Assembly (NCBI RefSeq): GCF_031363805.1
Contig: NZ_JANLVD010000019.1
Span: 2,050-66,049 of the forward strand
Source: Flavobacterium sp.
GTDB lineage: Bacteria; Bacteroidota; Bacteroidia; Flavobacteriales; Flavobacteriaceae
Direction: 5' to 3'
Length of the DNA stretch: 64,000 nucleotides
A model generated the notes under the pieces. The model did no database searches and was not told the origin of the DNA. It saw only the letters and a list, made by a program, of their open reading frames with translations. Made by a program: the position numbers and the translations under genes. Below, one piece after another: positions 9,365 to 20,400 of the stretch (position 1 is its first letter; each line of letters opens with the position of its first letter).

Positions 9365-9368
9365 GGGG

Positions 9369-9376
9369 CAAAGGTA
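9369..9376 (-). promoter_or_regulatory. -7 box of rlmB (likely leaderless mRNA)
   Basis: TACCTTTG on the minus strand, followed by CCCC then ATG. Confidence 0.55.
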
Positions 9377-9410
9377 TAAAAAAACCACCAGTTTTTGACT
9401 GGTGGTTTTT
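9377..9410 (-). terminator. Intrinsic terminator of the susC1-susD1 operon
   Basis: 13-bp arms AAAAACCACCAGT / ACTGGTGGTTTTT with a U-tract on the minus strand. Confidence 0.85.
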
Positions 9411-9431
9411 GAAATAAAATGTATAATCAAT

Positions 9432-11030
9432 TTAATTTACCCAAAATGGTGTAAATTGGTTAACTACAAAAATTTGTGATAATACTACATTAGGTACATT
9501 TGCTGAATTCGCAGTGTATTCTGACGCAGGATATAATAATCTTTTTGGTTTAACTGCACCAGCTGGTGCGGTGATTGCAAATGGATTAGCTGGAAAGCCT
9601 GTTCTTACTTGATCTAAAAATGGCTCAATACCATTAATTCCAGTAACAGCTAGCCATTTTTGAGTCATAATTGCTTCCAATTTGTTAGGAGTTCCATCCC
9701 AACCTAAACCTAAAACATTATTTGTCGCTGTAATATATGGAGCAGCTACAATAAGAGTTGGAAATGTATATGTTCCAATTGGCGCATTATAAAGATTAAA
9801 TGAAGCTGAAATACCTGATTGAAAAAGAGTTTTAGCGTTTCCTCCAAATGAAGGATATCTAAATGATGCCTCAGACTGCAAAAAGTAACTTTCAGATGCA
9901 AGCATTATATAACCATTTTTTCCAGATCCATTATTGTATCTATCTGTAGCGTCAACTCCAAGATAACCTGTTACGCCGCCTCCAAGTCTAGAAGCAGCTG
10001 CTGGAGCTGTTCCACCCGCAACCAAAGTAACATCGCCTTGATTTATACCTACAATGCCAGTAGCAAGGGAAGCAAACATTCGAGTTCTTCTAGGATCTAA
10101 AATACCAGTAGAATTTACATGAGTATTTGATTCTGTTCCCATTAAAACTTTAGCAATATATTGTGAAGCCACCGTAAAATTTCTATTTGTTCCTGCAGAA
10201 GATCCGTCTTTATTTGCTCCCCAATTTTGGTAAAGTGGGTTTTGACCTTGACTAGAATCGCCGTTATATCCAGGATTTATAGCCGCATCAGTTGTAAGAA
10301 ATGGTTTGCCTGACAATGCTGCAATTCTTGAAGTTCTTAATGCTACCACGTCAGCTTCAGTTGATTGAGACATTCTAAGTAAAATTTTTAATTCTAAAGT
10401 ATTAGCAAATGCAGCCCACTCAGTCATATCACCTCTAAATACAATATCTTCGTTTCCAGCAGGAATTAGAGAAGCCGTACTTGCAGCAATATCTGTTCTT
10501 GCTCTATCAAGTTGTAATAACAAATCTTTATATATATCCTTGTCATCATCATATTTTGGTCTTAAGTTTCCTAAACCCAACGATGCTTCCTTGTAAGGGG
10601 CATTGCCGTATAAGTCAACAATATACTGCATGTAAAATGCTTTCATGATTCTAGCTATAGCTTTATGATTGCCATATTCATTTGAAGGATCTGGATACAC
10701 TAAAATGTTATTATAATTGAATATGCCAGTATATAAATTATCCCATATAACAGAACGAGTATTTGTATTGAAATTCAAGGTAAATTCAGTTCTGTATCCT
10801 CCAGTAAATGCATTTACATTTCCAGCCCAACTATTGGTCATTACACTACCATATTCATTCATAGCTACAGCTTGAGTTCTATATGTGGTAGACAAAGCTG
10901 ACGCAAGAAATGCAGAAGGAGCAATATCATCTGTATGTGGATTATTAGTTGAAGAATTTACATCTAAATAATCATTACAGGATATAAGCATCGTAGTTGA
11001 TGCAAAAAGTAATAAAAATATTTTTTTCAT
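9432..11030 (-). CDS. susD: SusD/RagB-family surface lipoprotein
   Basis: Lipobox LISC-NDYLD, LYGNAPY, IMTQKWLA, PKRLLYPASE. Follows susC. Confidence 0.92.
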   Translation of the reverse strand: MKKIFLLLFASTTMLISCNDYLDVNSSTNNPHTDDIAPSAFLASALSTTYRTQAVAMNEYGSVMTNSWAGNVNAFTGGYRTEFTLNFNTNTRSVIWDNLYTGIFNYNNILVYPDPSNEYGNHKAIARIMKAFYMQYIVDLYGNAPYKEASLGLGNLRPKYDDDKDIYKDLLLQLDRARTDIAASTASLIPAGNEDIVFRGDMTEWAAFANTLELKILLRMSQSTEADVVALRTSRIAALSGKPFLTTDAAINPGYNGDSSQGQNPLYQNWGANKDGSSAGTNRNFTVASQYIAKVLMGTESNTHVNSTGILDPRRTRMFASLATGIVGINQGDVTLVAGGTAPAAASRLGGGVTGYLGVDATDRYNNGSGKNGYIMLASESYFLQSEASFRYPSFGGNAKTLFQSGISASFNLYNAPIGTYTFPTLIVAAPYITATNNVLGLGWDGTPNKLEAIMTQKWLAVTGINGIEPFLDQVRTGFPANPFAITAPAGAVKPKRLLYPASEYTANSANVPNVVLSQIFVVNQFTPFWVN

Positions 11031-11040
11031 AATAAAATTT

Positions 11041-14000
11041 TTAAAAAGTTACGTTAACACTGAATCCGTAAGTTCTTGTTGAAGGATATTGTCCTGTTTG
11101 TGAATAACCTTGTCCGTTTGAAGCAGTGTTGTCAGTTGTTAGTTGTCTTAAGGCGCCATTAGCAGATGAAGCAGAGTATCCATTTGATGCTTCAGGATCT
11201 GTATATCCTTTGTTGTTGTATGATGATTTCCCTTTAAAAGGATTACCTAACAATATGAATGGATTTCTTGCGTTTACTCCAACTTTAATTCCTGAAACCT
11301 TTAATCTTTCAAGAATTTTTGCTGGCAATGAATAGCTTAAAGCAAGTTCTCTTACTCTGAACGCTGTGGCATCAATCAACATGGCTTCGCCTAAGTTAGA
11401 CAAATTACCAAAATAATCAATTACTCCATTTCCTGCTCCGTATCCAGCTGCAGAACGGTAAGGAAGTGCTGGGTAGGCAGCATTAGTAGCATTTGGTACA
11501 TATTGTGGATTGGCAGTTGTTCCTACATTAACGACAGAATTTTCAAAAACAAATCCTAAATCTCTATCAAAATCAGCAGTTTCTTCTGCATGTCCAGTCC
11601 AAGTTTGGTTATATCTTGTTCCTGAAATGATAGAATGACCTGTTCTAAAATCCATAACTGTAGTCAATTTAATACCTTTGTAAGAAAAACTGTTGTTTAA
11701 ACCTAATATATAATCAGGAGTAACTTTGCCTAAGATTTCTTGAGTTGAAGTTTGTAATGCGATTCCATTCGATCCAATAATTACTCTACCAGAAGGATCT
11801 CTTTCATATTTAGTTCCTTTTATCAAAGGAAACGACTCTCCAACTTGAGCAAATATTCCAGCATTGGTTTGAATGTCATTTCTAATATTGTACAAATTTA
11901 ATTCATTTGTACCACCTAAGTCAGTAACTTTTGTGTCATAGCTAGTATAGCTTACTCTACCTTCCCAAGTAAACGCGCCTTTTACTGGCGTGAAGCCTAG
12001 GTCAAATTCTACACCTTTATTTTCTAATTGACCAATATTGTCTTTAAATTCTTGATAACCACTAGTTCTTGAAACTGTTGAGCTAGAGATTAATTTGCTG
12101 ATATCAGATTGATAGACTGTACCGTCGATAGTCAATCTATTATTAAAGAATCCAAAATTAACACCAAATTCTTGAGTATTTACAAATTCTGGTTGGATAT
12201 CAGGATTTGTAACTCTTGTAAAAGCTGTATAAGACGAGCTTCCATTAAATGGATATCCAGTACCTAAAGTTGATAAATTTTCAATATCATATGCATTAAT
12301 AGGATTTGTGTTTCCTACACGCGAAATATTAGCAAATAATTTTAAATAACTTAATGTATTTTTATCTCTTAATGATGCAAAAGCTTTAGTTGGTATGAAT
12401 GACAAACCAGCAGAAGGGTAAAAATAGCCATTATTTTGAGGATTTAAAGTTGACACTATTTCATATCTTCCTGTTAAGTTTAAATACAAAAATTCTTTAT
12501 AACCTAAATCTATATTATCAAAGAATGCAACTCTTCTAGTTTGGATTAAATTGTTTGTCAATAAATTTGGTATTCTAGGTTGTTTTACATTAGTTATATT
12601 GTAAAATCCAGGAATTTGTAAATCCAAACCACCTTGAGAAATTGTTGACGAAATTCTGTCTTGTATGTTGTTACCAAGATTCATTTTAAATGATAAATCA
12701 TCAGCTAACATATAATTAAAATTTAATAATAAATCACCATAAAAATTACGAACATTAGTTCTACTTTGGTAGTATTCAGAAGTTAATGATAAATCGCCAC
12801 CGCCATCACCAACCAAATCAATAAAAGCATTTTTATGTGTATCTTGTCTAATTGCTGAAGTTTGGATGTTAGCTAGATATGAAACAGATATGTTTTTATT
12901 AAATTCATATCCAATTGTACCAGAAACGTTAAATATGTCAGATACTCTATCTAATCTGGAATTTTTTCTTTCCCAAAAAGGATTTCTAAAATATGCATTG
13001 AAACCATTTCCCGGTCCAGAATTAACAAAAAGTTCGTAGGGAATGCTTGATGCTCCTTGTAAAAGATTTTCTAAAGTATCATCAGCATCTGCTTGAGATG
13101 TAATTGAATTAGTATATTGTACATTTCCTTCAACATTCCATTTACCTAATTTCTTACCTGCTTTGAATATGAATGAATTTCTTTTTAATTGATCACCAGG
13201 AACAATAAAATCAGTCACTTGTCTGTTTGCAGAAAATAATGCAAATGAATCTGCACCTCCATAATTAAAAGTTAATCCATTTTGACTAGTCAAACCAGTT
13301 GTGTAATATGCTTTTGCATTGTCCTCTACAAATGAATATGGTGCGGTCAATCTAGTCCCATCTGGTTGTAATAAACCAACTTCTCTTATGGAACCATCTA
13401 AAGGTTCTCCCCATCCACCATTTTCGTAGGGAACATATCCACCATCCCAGCCTTGACCGTATTTAGATTGTTTTTTTGGTAAAAAAGAGATTTCTTCAAA
13501 ATCTAAAGATGAATTAAATGAAATAGATAATTTTTCATTACGTGAACCTTTCTTAGTAGTTACAATTATAACTCCATTTGCTCCTTGTTCGCCATAAAGT
13601 GCAGCTCCTTGAGCTCCTTTGATAACGTTTACACTTTCAACTACTTCTGGGGGTAATTGCTGTAAAATTGTAGCAGTTGATATCGAGTTGTCTATAACAA
13701 CTAATGCTTCTGTGTTCCCAGAAATAGATCTAGGTCCTCTTAAAACAATTCTAGTTGCTCCATTCACGCCACTATTTGAATTGTCAATTTGTAAACCAGA
13801 AACTTTTCCTGTTAAACTTCTTACTACGTTTGGATTTGCAGCTTGAGTTATTTCTTTAGCTGCGACAACTTGATTTGAAGATGTTACTGCGTCCTGACGT
13901 TTTTTTATACCTACAGAACCTGTTATTATAACATCACCTAATTTTTGAACAACTTCTTGCATTACAACATTAATTACACTTGATGCTGCTACAACTCTTG

Positions 14001-14241
14001 TCATATCATTTAATCCCATAAATGAAAACACCAATGTTTCACCTTCTTTGGCTTTGATACTATATTTACCATCAAAACCAGTCGATACCCCACGTGTTGT
14101 ACCTTTAACTACAACATTTACTCCAGGAATTGAACCATTAGCGTCAGACACTGTACCCGTAATAGTTTTCTCTTGAGCGAAAGAAAACTGCATAGTCAAC
14201 GCTACTAATAGCGTATAAATCCATTTGAACTTGCTTCTCAT
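11041..14241 (-). CDS. susC: SusC/RagA TonB-dependent transporter (copy 1)
   Basis: N-terminal extension domain, KGAQGAALYG..GANGVIIVTTKKG plug motif, C-terminal YPSTRTYGFSVNVTF. Start MRSKFK at 14241. Confidence 0.95.
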   Translation of the reverse strand: MRSKFKWIYTLLVALTMQFSFAQEKTITGTVSDANGSIPGVNVVVKGTTRGVSTGFDGKYSIKAKEGETLVFSFMGLNDMTRVVAASSVINVVMQEVVQKLGDVIITGSVGIKKRQDAVTSSNQVVAAKEITQAANPNVVRSLTGKVSGLQIDNSNSGVNGATRIVLRGPRSISGNTEALVVIDNSISTATILQQLPPEVVESVNVIKGAQGAALYGEQGANGVIIVTTKKGSRNEKLSISFNSSLDFEEISFLPKKQSKYGQGWDGGYVPYENGGWGEPLDGSIREVGLLQPDGTRLTAPYSFVEDNAKAYYTTGLTSQNGLTFNYGGADSFALFSANRQVTDFIVPGDQLKRNSFIFKAGKKLGKWNVEGNVQYTNSITSQADADDTLENLLQGASSIPYELFVNSGPGNGFNAYFRNPFWERKNSRLDRVSDIFNVSGTIGYEFNKNISVSYLANIQTSAIRQDTHKNAFIDLVGDGGGDLSLTSEYYQSRTNVRNFYGDLLLNFNYMLADDLSFKMNLGNNIQDRISSTISQGGLDLQIPGFYNITNVKQPRIPNLLTNNLIQTRRVAFFDNIDLGYKEFLYLNLTGRYEIVSTLNPQNNGYFYPSAGLSFIPTKAFASLRDKNTLSYLKLFANISRVGNTNPINAYDIENLSTLGTGYPFNGSSSYTAFTRVTNPDIQPEFVNTQEFGVNFGFFNNRLTIDGTVYQSDISKLISSSTVSRTSGYQEFKDNIGQLENKGVEFDLGFTPVKGAFTWEGRVSYTSYDTKVTDLGGTNELNLYNIRNDIQTNAGIFAQVGESFPLIKGTKYERDPSGRVIIGSNGIALQTSTQEILGKVTPDYILGLNNSFSYKGIKLTTVMDFRTGHSIISGTRYNQTWTGHAEETADFDRDLGFVFENSVVNVGTTANPQYVPNATNAAYPALPYRSAAGYGAGNGVIDYFGNLSNLGEAMLIDATAFRVRELALSYSLPAKILERLKVSGIKVGVNARNPFILLGNPFKGKSSYNNKGYTDPEASNGYSASSANGALRQLTTDNTASNGQGYSQTGQYPSTRTYGFSVNVTF

Positions 14242-14629
14242 ATTAATTTTATTTGATTTAGTTATTATGCAAATTTGAATATAATCTTTGTTTATTCCTA
14301 ACATTTACGAAACATTTTCTTTAATATTTATTAATCTTGTAATTAATTCTTCCTTTTAATGTAATTATGTATGAAAAACCTATTAAATTATTTTTGATTT
14401 GTAGACATATAAAAACTTTATTTTTGATGTTGGATTATCATTATAAGTTTTTTAGAATTCTAATGTTTTTTATTTATCTTAAAGCCATCAATAGTGTAGA
14501 TTTTAAATATTGTTAATCAACTAACAAAATATGAAACTGAATATACTAATTTATCTACGAGATAAAGTTTAAATTTAAAATATATATTATCCCTAAAAAA
14601 AACGTCAATTTATTTTAGGATATGATAAT

Positions 14630-14664
14630 AAACAAAATGAGCCCGATACAATATCGAGCTCATT
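14630..14664 (-). terminator. Terminator of the susC2-susD2-lipoprotein operon
   Basis: Minus strand AATGAGCTCGATA-TTG-TATCGGGCTCATT followed by TTGTTT. Confidence 0.7.
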
Positions 14665-14752
14665 ATTATTATTAAAATTATTTATAAACTTATCTAAACT
14701 TTTATGCTAAGTCTAAATTTTATTGGTTTTCTATAAATTAATTATTACGTAT

Positions 14753-15664
14753 CTATATTTTAGTTAGGTTAAAATTAAATATTCCAAAATCCGAATTTAA
14801 ACCATTTTTCCATGATACTTTTAAGTTTATATCTCCTGTACAAGATGCCACATTTCCAGTACCAGTAGCTGTAAAACTGTTTCCAGGTCCAGCTCCATAT
14901 ACAAAAGTTCCATTAGAAACTAAAGAAACTGTCGAATTTGCAGGATTAATTGTCACATCAAAGTAGGAAGCACTAGATGCAGGTAAACTACTTGGATTAT
15001 TAGTATTTAAAATTCTAAATTTTAATAAACCATTTGCTGAATTATAAACTACCGGTACAGTTGCACCAATAGAATAATCCTGCCAATCATCTACAGTTAT
15101 TTTATAGTTTCCATTAAACAAAGAAGCATCGTTTAAAGGGCATGAAACACTATAATCTTGTGATACAGAAAATTGTAAAGAATTGTTTATGTCTGCTGCG
15201 AAACCTTTACTTCCATCTTTATTAAACATATTTAATCTTCTTCCATCACTTAGAATAACATCAGCTGAAATTGTAAGTTTATCAGTAATTGCAAAATCAG
15301 CTTTAGTATTTAATATATTAAAAGCATTAATTAAATCGGTTTGATTTATGTTAACCGTTGCTGGAAAACCGCTTACATTAGCTTTGATAATTGCTTTTTC
15401 AACAACAGTTCCTTTTCTATATATGCCAATAACATCCATTGATGAAACGTTCCCTCTAGCAACATTAAATGTCAATCCTAAATTGATTGGTACATTATTA
15501 TTTATTGCTACTAAGTTTATTGATGTATCAGTGGTTGCTATTTTTTTAATATTAGGAGCGCCACCTTCCGCAAAATCAATTTTAGATTCACCACCATCTT
15601 TTTCACAACCTAATGCTAAAACTATAATAGCGATGGATGTTAATATTAATCTTATTTTTTTCAT
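14753..15664 (-). CDS. Surface lipoprotein in the SusE-like position, function unknown
   Basis: Lipobox LALGC-EKDGG, beta-rich sequence, 15 nt after susD2. Confidence 0.75.
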   Translation of the reverse strand: MKKIRLILTSIAIIVLALGCEKDGGESKIDFAEGGAPNIKKIATTDTSINLVAINNNVPINLGLTFNVARGNVSSMDVIGIYRKGTVVEKAIIKANVSGFPATVNINQTDLINAFNILNTKADFAITDKLTISADVILSDGRRLNMFNKDGSKGFAADINNSLQFSVSQDYSVSCPLNDASLFNGNYKITVDDWQDYSIGATVPVVYNSANGLLKFRILNTNNPSSLPASSASYFDVTINPANSTVSLVSNGTFVYGAGPGNSFTATGTGNVASCTGDINLKVSWKNGLNSDFGIFNFNLTKI

Positions 15665-15679
15665 AATTTTATTTTTTTA

Positions 15680-17410
15680 TTAATTATCCCAAAAGATTTT
15701 ATAAGTTCCTGGATTTTTTTGTCCAGGTGCCTTATTATTTGAATTTAATTCACTTTGAGGCCAAAAAAGTGAAACTTGATATGGATTGTTTACCACAGTT
15801 TGTGAGTCATTAATAGGAAATCCATCAGCATTGTTCAACTGGTATTCAGGTGCTGTTCCGTTTGGATCAACCAATGTAGGATAATTTGTTCTTCTGTAGT
15901 CTGTATATTGATCTAGAGGATCTCCAGCAGTTCCAACCCATTTTTGGGTCATAATTATTTCTAATTTTTTTGCCGTAGTTGCCGCATTAAATTCAGTTGA
16001 AATTTTAGATAAAAATGTTGTAACTGATGCAGAACTTGATAATATTGGAATTACTTGAGATGATGTTTTAGCATTTGCTACTACTTTATCAACTTTAGCA
16101 AAACTTGCTACGATTGCACTCTGAAGTTTCGTTCCAGCATTTCCAGTTAATTTTCCAACTTGAATTAGTTCAGCTTGAATGTATAACATTTCATCATAAG
16201 TGAGAATTCTACGTGGTGCAGCTCCTGTCCCAGCGCTAGCATCCACAGTAATCACTGTCCCTGCAGCGTTTCTATATCTTAGGTCATCATCATATCTACC
16301 ACCACAAAGAAAAATGCCCGGATATGTATATGAATTTTCTGCACTGGCATCTCTATCAGGTCCTGTACTTCCAAATCTTATACTAAAAAAACCTGTAGAT
16401 TTATCCCAATAATCTGCTCTAGGATTACCTGTAGCCGCATTTCCTTGGTCTGGTGGAAAAACTCCATTTTCTAACTGCGTATAAAAATAATATTTCATTC
16501 TTGGGTCTGGATTACCTGTATGAATATTTGTATTTACGCCTTTTAATATTTCATAAAACCAAGGGCTTTGATATGAACCAAATTGTGTGCTTTCATATGA
16601 TTCTCTATACAATCTATTTCTTTCATTTGATTTAGCTATATTATTGTAATGAGTAAACTCAAAATCATCGGCATTTGATGTAAAGAAATTGTTTTCAGCA
16701 ATTAGAGCATCTAAACCAACTTGATCAAAATCTGTAGTTAACCTTGTTTGATTGTATAGCTTTAATTTAAAAGTATTAGCAAATTTAACCCATTTAGTTA
16801 CACTTCCACCATAAAAGAAATCATCTGCACCGGGTTTTTGTAATCCTGAATTACTAGCAATATTCGCTTTGCCTTCAGATATAAGGTTAAATATTGCAGC
16901 GTATATTGCTTTTTGATTATCAAATTTAGGGTTTCTGATGCCTTCCCTCAATTTAGTAGCTTCTGTAAAAGGTACATCTCCCCAAAGGTCAACTGCGACT
17001 GACATCAGATAGGCTTTGTGTAGTTGTCCAACTCCAACATACACTCTATTTTGACTTTCAGTGCCAAACTTGATTAAATCCTCAATATCAGTCAATGTTG
17101 TATATATTCCATTCCAATCATTTTGCATTGGTATATTATCAACTTTTACTCCATATTGGTCTTCTTCATCTCTGGCGCACATTTGATGAGTATAAACTCC
17201 GAAAATTTGCCCTGAATTCACATTATAATCTCCAATTTGAGAGGTGCTTATTTCTATATTAGATAAAAGAAAATTCAAAGGTGCTTTTGTAGAATTATCT
17301 GTATCAGTATCAACATCGAGATATTCTGTACATCCCACTAGAAGAGATGATGTTGCAAACAATAAAAAAAATGTTTTTTTATTATTATTTATTTTTTTAA
17401 AAAATTTCAT
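15680..17410 (-). CDS. susD: SusD/RagB-family surface lipoprotein
   Basis: Lipobox LVGC-TEYLD, DLWGDVPFTEA, IMTQKWVG, WPQSELNSN. Confidence 0.92.
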   Translation of the reverse strand: MKFFKKINNNKKTFFLLFATSSLLVGCTEYLDVDTDTDNSTKAPLNFLLSNIEISTSQIGDYNVNSGQIFGVYTHQMCARDEEDQYGVKVDNIPMQNDWNGIYTTLTDIEDLIKFGTESQNRVYVGVGQLHKAYLMSVAVDLWGDVPFTEATKLREGIRNPKFDNQKAIYAAIFNLISEGKANIASNSGLQKPGADDFFYGGSVTKWVKFANTFKLKLYNQTRLTTDFDQVGLDALIAENNFFTSNADDFEFTHYNNIAKSNERNRLYRESYESTQFGSYQSPWFYEILKGVNTNIHTGNPDPRMKYYFYTQLENGVFPPDQGNAATGNPRADYWDKSTGFFSIRFGSTGPDRDASAENSYTYPGIFLCGGRYDDDLRYRNAAGTVITVDASAGTGAAPRRILTYDEMLYIQAELIQVGKLTGNAGTKLQSAIVASFAKVDKVVANAKTSSQVIPILSSSASVTTFLSKISTEFNAATTAKKLEIIMTQKWVGTAGDPLDQYTDYRRTNYPTLVDPNGTAPEYQLNNADGFPINDSQTVVNNPYQVSLFWPQSELNSNNKAPGQKNPGTYKIFWDN

Positions 17411-17420
17411 ATTGTAATTT

Positions 17421-20400
17421 TTAAAATGTTAGATTAATTTTAAAACCATATCTTTTAGCTGTTGGGGCAGAACTTATTTCAATACCTTGAGCTCTAGATA
17501 TCCCTAAACTAGTTACTTCTGGATCGAAATTAGTATATTTTGGAACATTAGGTGCAAAATACCACAAATTATTCCCAACAAAGCTTAAACTTACATTTGA
17601 AAACGGTAATTTATTTAATAGTTTAGAAGGAAAATCATAAGTTAAACTGAGTTCCCTAATCCTAAATACGGTTCCGTCATAAACAGTCGCTTCGTCCACA
17701 CTATTAATAGCAAAAGTATTTCCACCAGCTGGAGAGAAGTATAATTCATTTGCACTTAATTGGACAGTGTTAGGAACTTGATTTCCATTTGCATCTAATA
17801 CTGGAGTACCATCATTATTCCCATAAAAACCAGGGATGATAAATGTTTTTTCTCTATCCTCAGTATCTCTTGTTACACCTCTACCCAACAAAGATTCAAT
17901 AGTACTTGATTGAATATCTCCCCCTTGTTTCCAATCGAACTGTCCTCTTAAACTAAATCCTTTGTAGGCTAGAGTATTAGTAAAGCTAACTTTAAAGTCA
18001 GGATTTGGATCTCCAATTATTCCTGGTTCAGGTGCTTGTATGATACCACCTCCATTTTGATTAATTAAAAAGTTTCCATTTGCATCTCTTGCAAATCTTG
18101 TTCCATAAAATGTCCCAAAAGACTCTCCAACTATAGCAAAAGCAGGAGTATTTGCTAAAAGATTAAATTTATCAACTCCTTCCGAAATTTTAATTACCTT
18201 ATTTTTATTTTGTGTAAAAGCTGTAAATAAAGTCCATTTGAAATTCTCAGTTTTTAATGGTATTAAAGTTAAACCTACCTCGATACCTTTATTTTCTAAC
18301 TCACCAACATTAGTGTTATATGTTGGATATCCGGTTGAATTGGCAACTGCTACAGGTGTTATAACATTAGTAGATTTTTTATTGTAATATGTGAAATCTA
18401 TAATTGTTCTTCTATTAAATATTTCAAGGTCAGCTCCAACTTCTAGCTCAGTTGTAAATTCAGGAGTCAGTTTTGTATCTGAAAGAAAAGCTTGATTTCC
18501 GATTATTGGATTTGAATTGTATGGTATGCCAAGAAGGTAAGTTGAACTTAAAAATTCTGCAGAAGCATCTCTTCCTACTTTAGCATAACCACCTCTTAAT
18601 TTTGCATAAGGTAATACTGTACTATTCATTTTAAAAGCATCAGTTATTATAAAAGATGCATTTACACCTGGATAAAAATAAGAATTATTATCTTTAGGTA
18701 AAGTTGAACTCCAATCATTTCTTCCAGTAGCATTTAAAAATAAATAATCTTTAAATGAGAAAGTAACATCTGCAAACAATCCTATATTTCTCTTTTGATC
18801 TCTAAGATCAAAATTGTTAACTAGGTTTTTTGTATTGTTTAATGTAAAAATTTTTGGTATTGTGAATTCAGTTCCGGTATTTTGGTTATTGAATGTTTTA
18901 TTTTGTAAAACGTTATTACCTAAAATTGTTGTTAAGCCAAAATCTTCATTTAACTTATAATTTAAAGTCAATAAAAGTGTAGATTCTAAATCTTCATTAG
19001 TAAACTGTTCTCTTCTCAAGCTTCCTAACCCATTTCCTGCCCTAGATCTTAAATCTCTAATTTCATCTCTATCTAAATTATATCTATTATAACCGACTCT
19101 ATATGATGCGGATACATTTTTATTAAAATTGTAGCTAAAATTTAACCCCAATACTGTTCTGTTGGTATCTGTTATTATTCTGTCATGTTCCCATGACCAC
19201 AATGGATGATCAAACTGAGTTCCATTGGGTGTAATGGAGGCCCCAGTTCTTGGGTCTTCATAAGGTAAATTTAAATCCCAGTTTCTAGCTATAAAAAGTG
19301 TTCTTGCAAATGAAGATGAAGAGCCATTAAATTGATTTTCTCCAAAGAAACCACCAATTTGATCAGTGTTTGAGTAGCTTAAATTGGCACCAAATGAGAA
19401 TTTCTCCCCTAATTTAAAGTTACCACCAGCAGCCACAGATATTCTCCCAAAAGAATTGAAAGGAATATATCCTTCTTGATTCAATTTTGATACGGTTAGT
19501 CCAAAACCACCATCTTGACCTGCATAATTAAAACCAAATGTTTGATCTGTAATTAAACCAGTTCTAAATAAATCTTTAACGTTATTTGGTTTAGCTTCGT
19601 ATTTTACTGTAGGTCCAAATTGAGGAAAAGCTGATAATAATGTTGGCCATGTCGGGATGGTTGCCAAAGAATCAAATCGTGGTCCCCATGAACCATTTGC
19701 ATTTGCATAATTAAAATTGGAACCAGCTCCGTAGGTATTTTGATATTCTGGTAAATTTGCAATATTTTCAAAATATGTACCCATTCCAACATTTACAGTC
19801 AGTTTATTTTTACTTGTTTTGCCTGCAGATCCAGATTTTGTAGTAACTACAATTACTCCATTAACTGCTCTTGAACCGTACAATGCAGCTGCAGCAGAAC
19901 TCTTTAATACGTTAACTGTAGCAATGTCATTAGGATCTAAACTTGCTAAACCAGATTGATAACCACCACCACCAGTTACCTGGCTTGATGATGTAACCTG
20001 TGAATTATCATAAGCGATTCCATCAACAATAAATAAAGGCTGCGAATTACCATTAAATGTATTTATACCTCTTATGGTAATTTGATTCGACGCACCAGCG
20101 ACTCCAGTGGAAAAATTTACATTTACACCCGCTACTTTTCCAGACAAAGCACGTGACAAATCAGGTTCTGAACTTTCGGTTAAATCTTCAGCCTTCACAG
20201 AGCTTACAGAATAACCTAAATCTCTAGGCTTTCTTTTAATACCAAATGCTGTTACTACAACTGCATCTAATATTTTAGAATCCTCTTTCATTGTAACATT
20301 TACAACAGATGTTGTTCCTACAACTTTAGTGACATCGCTCAATCCCATAAATGAGTAAATTAATGATTCACCTTCTTTGGCTTTAATAGAATATTTACCG

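Noticed and set aside
7497-14304. Long N-terminal extensions given by the ORF track for rhomboid, rlmB and susC1
   Set aside because: They run through promoters or terminators, and downstream ATGs give family-typical N-termini.
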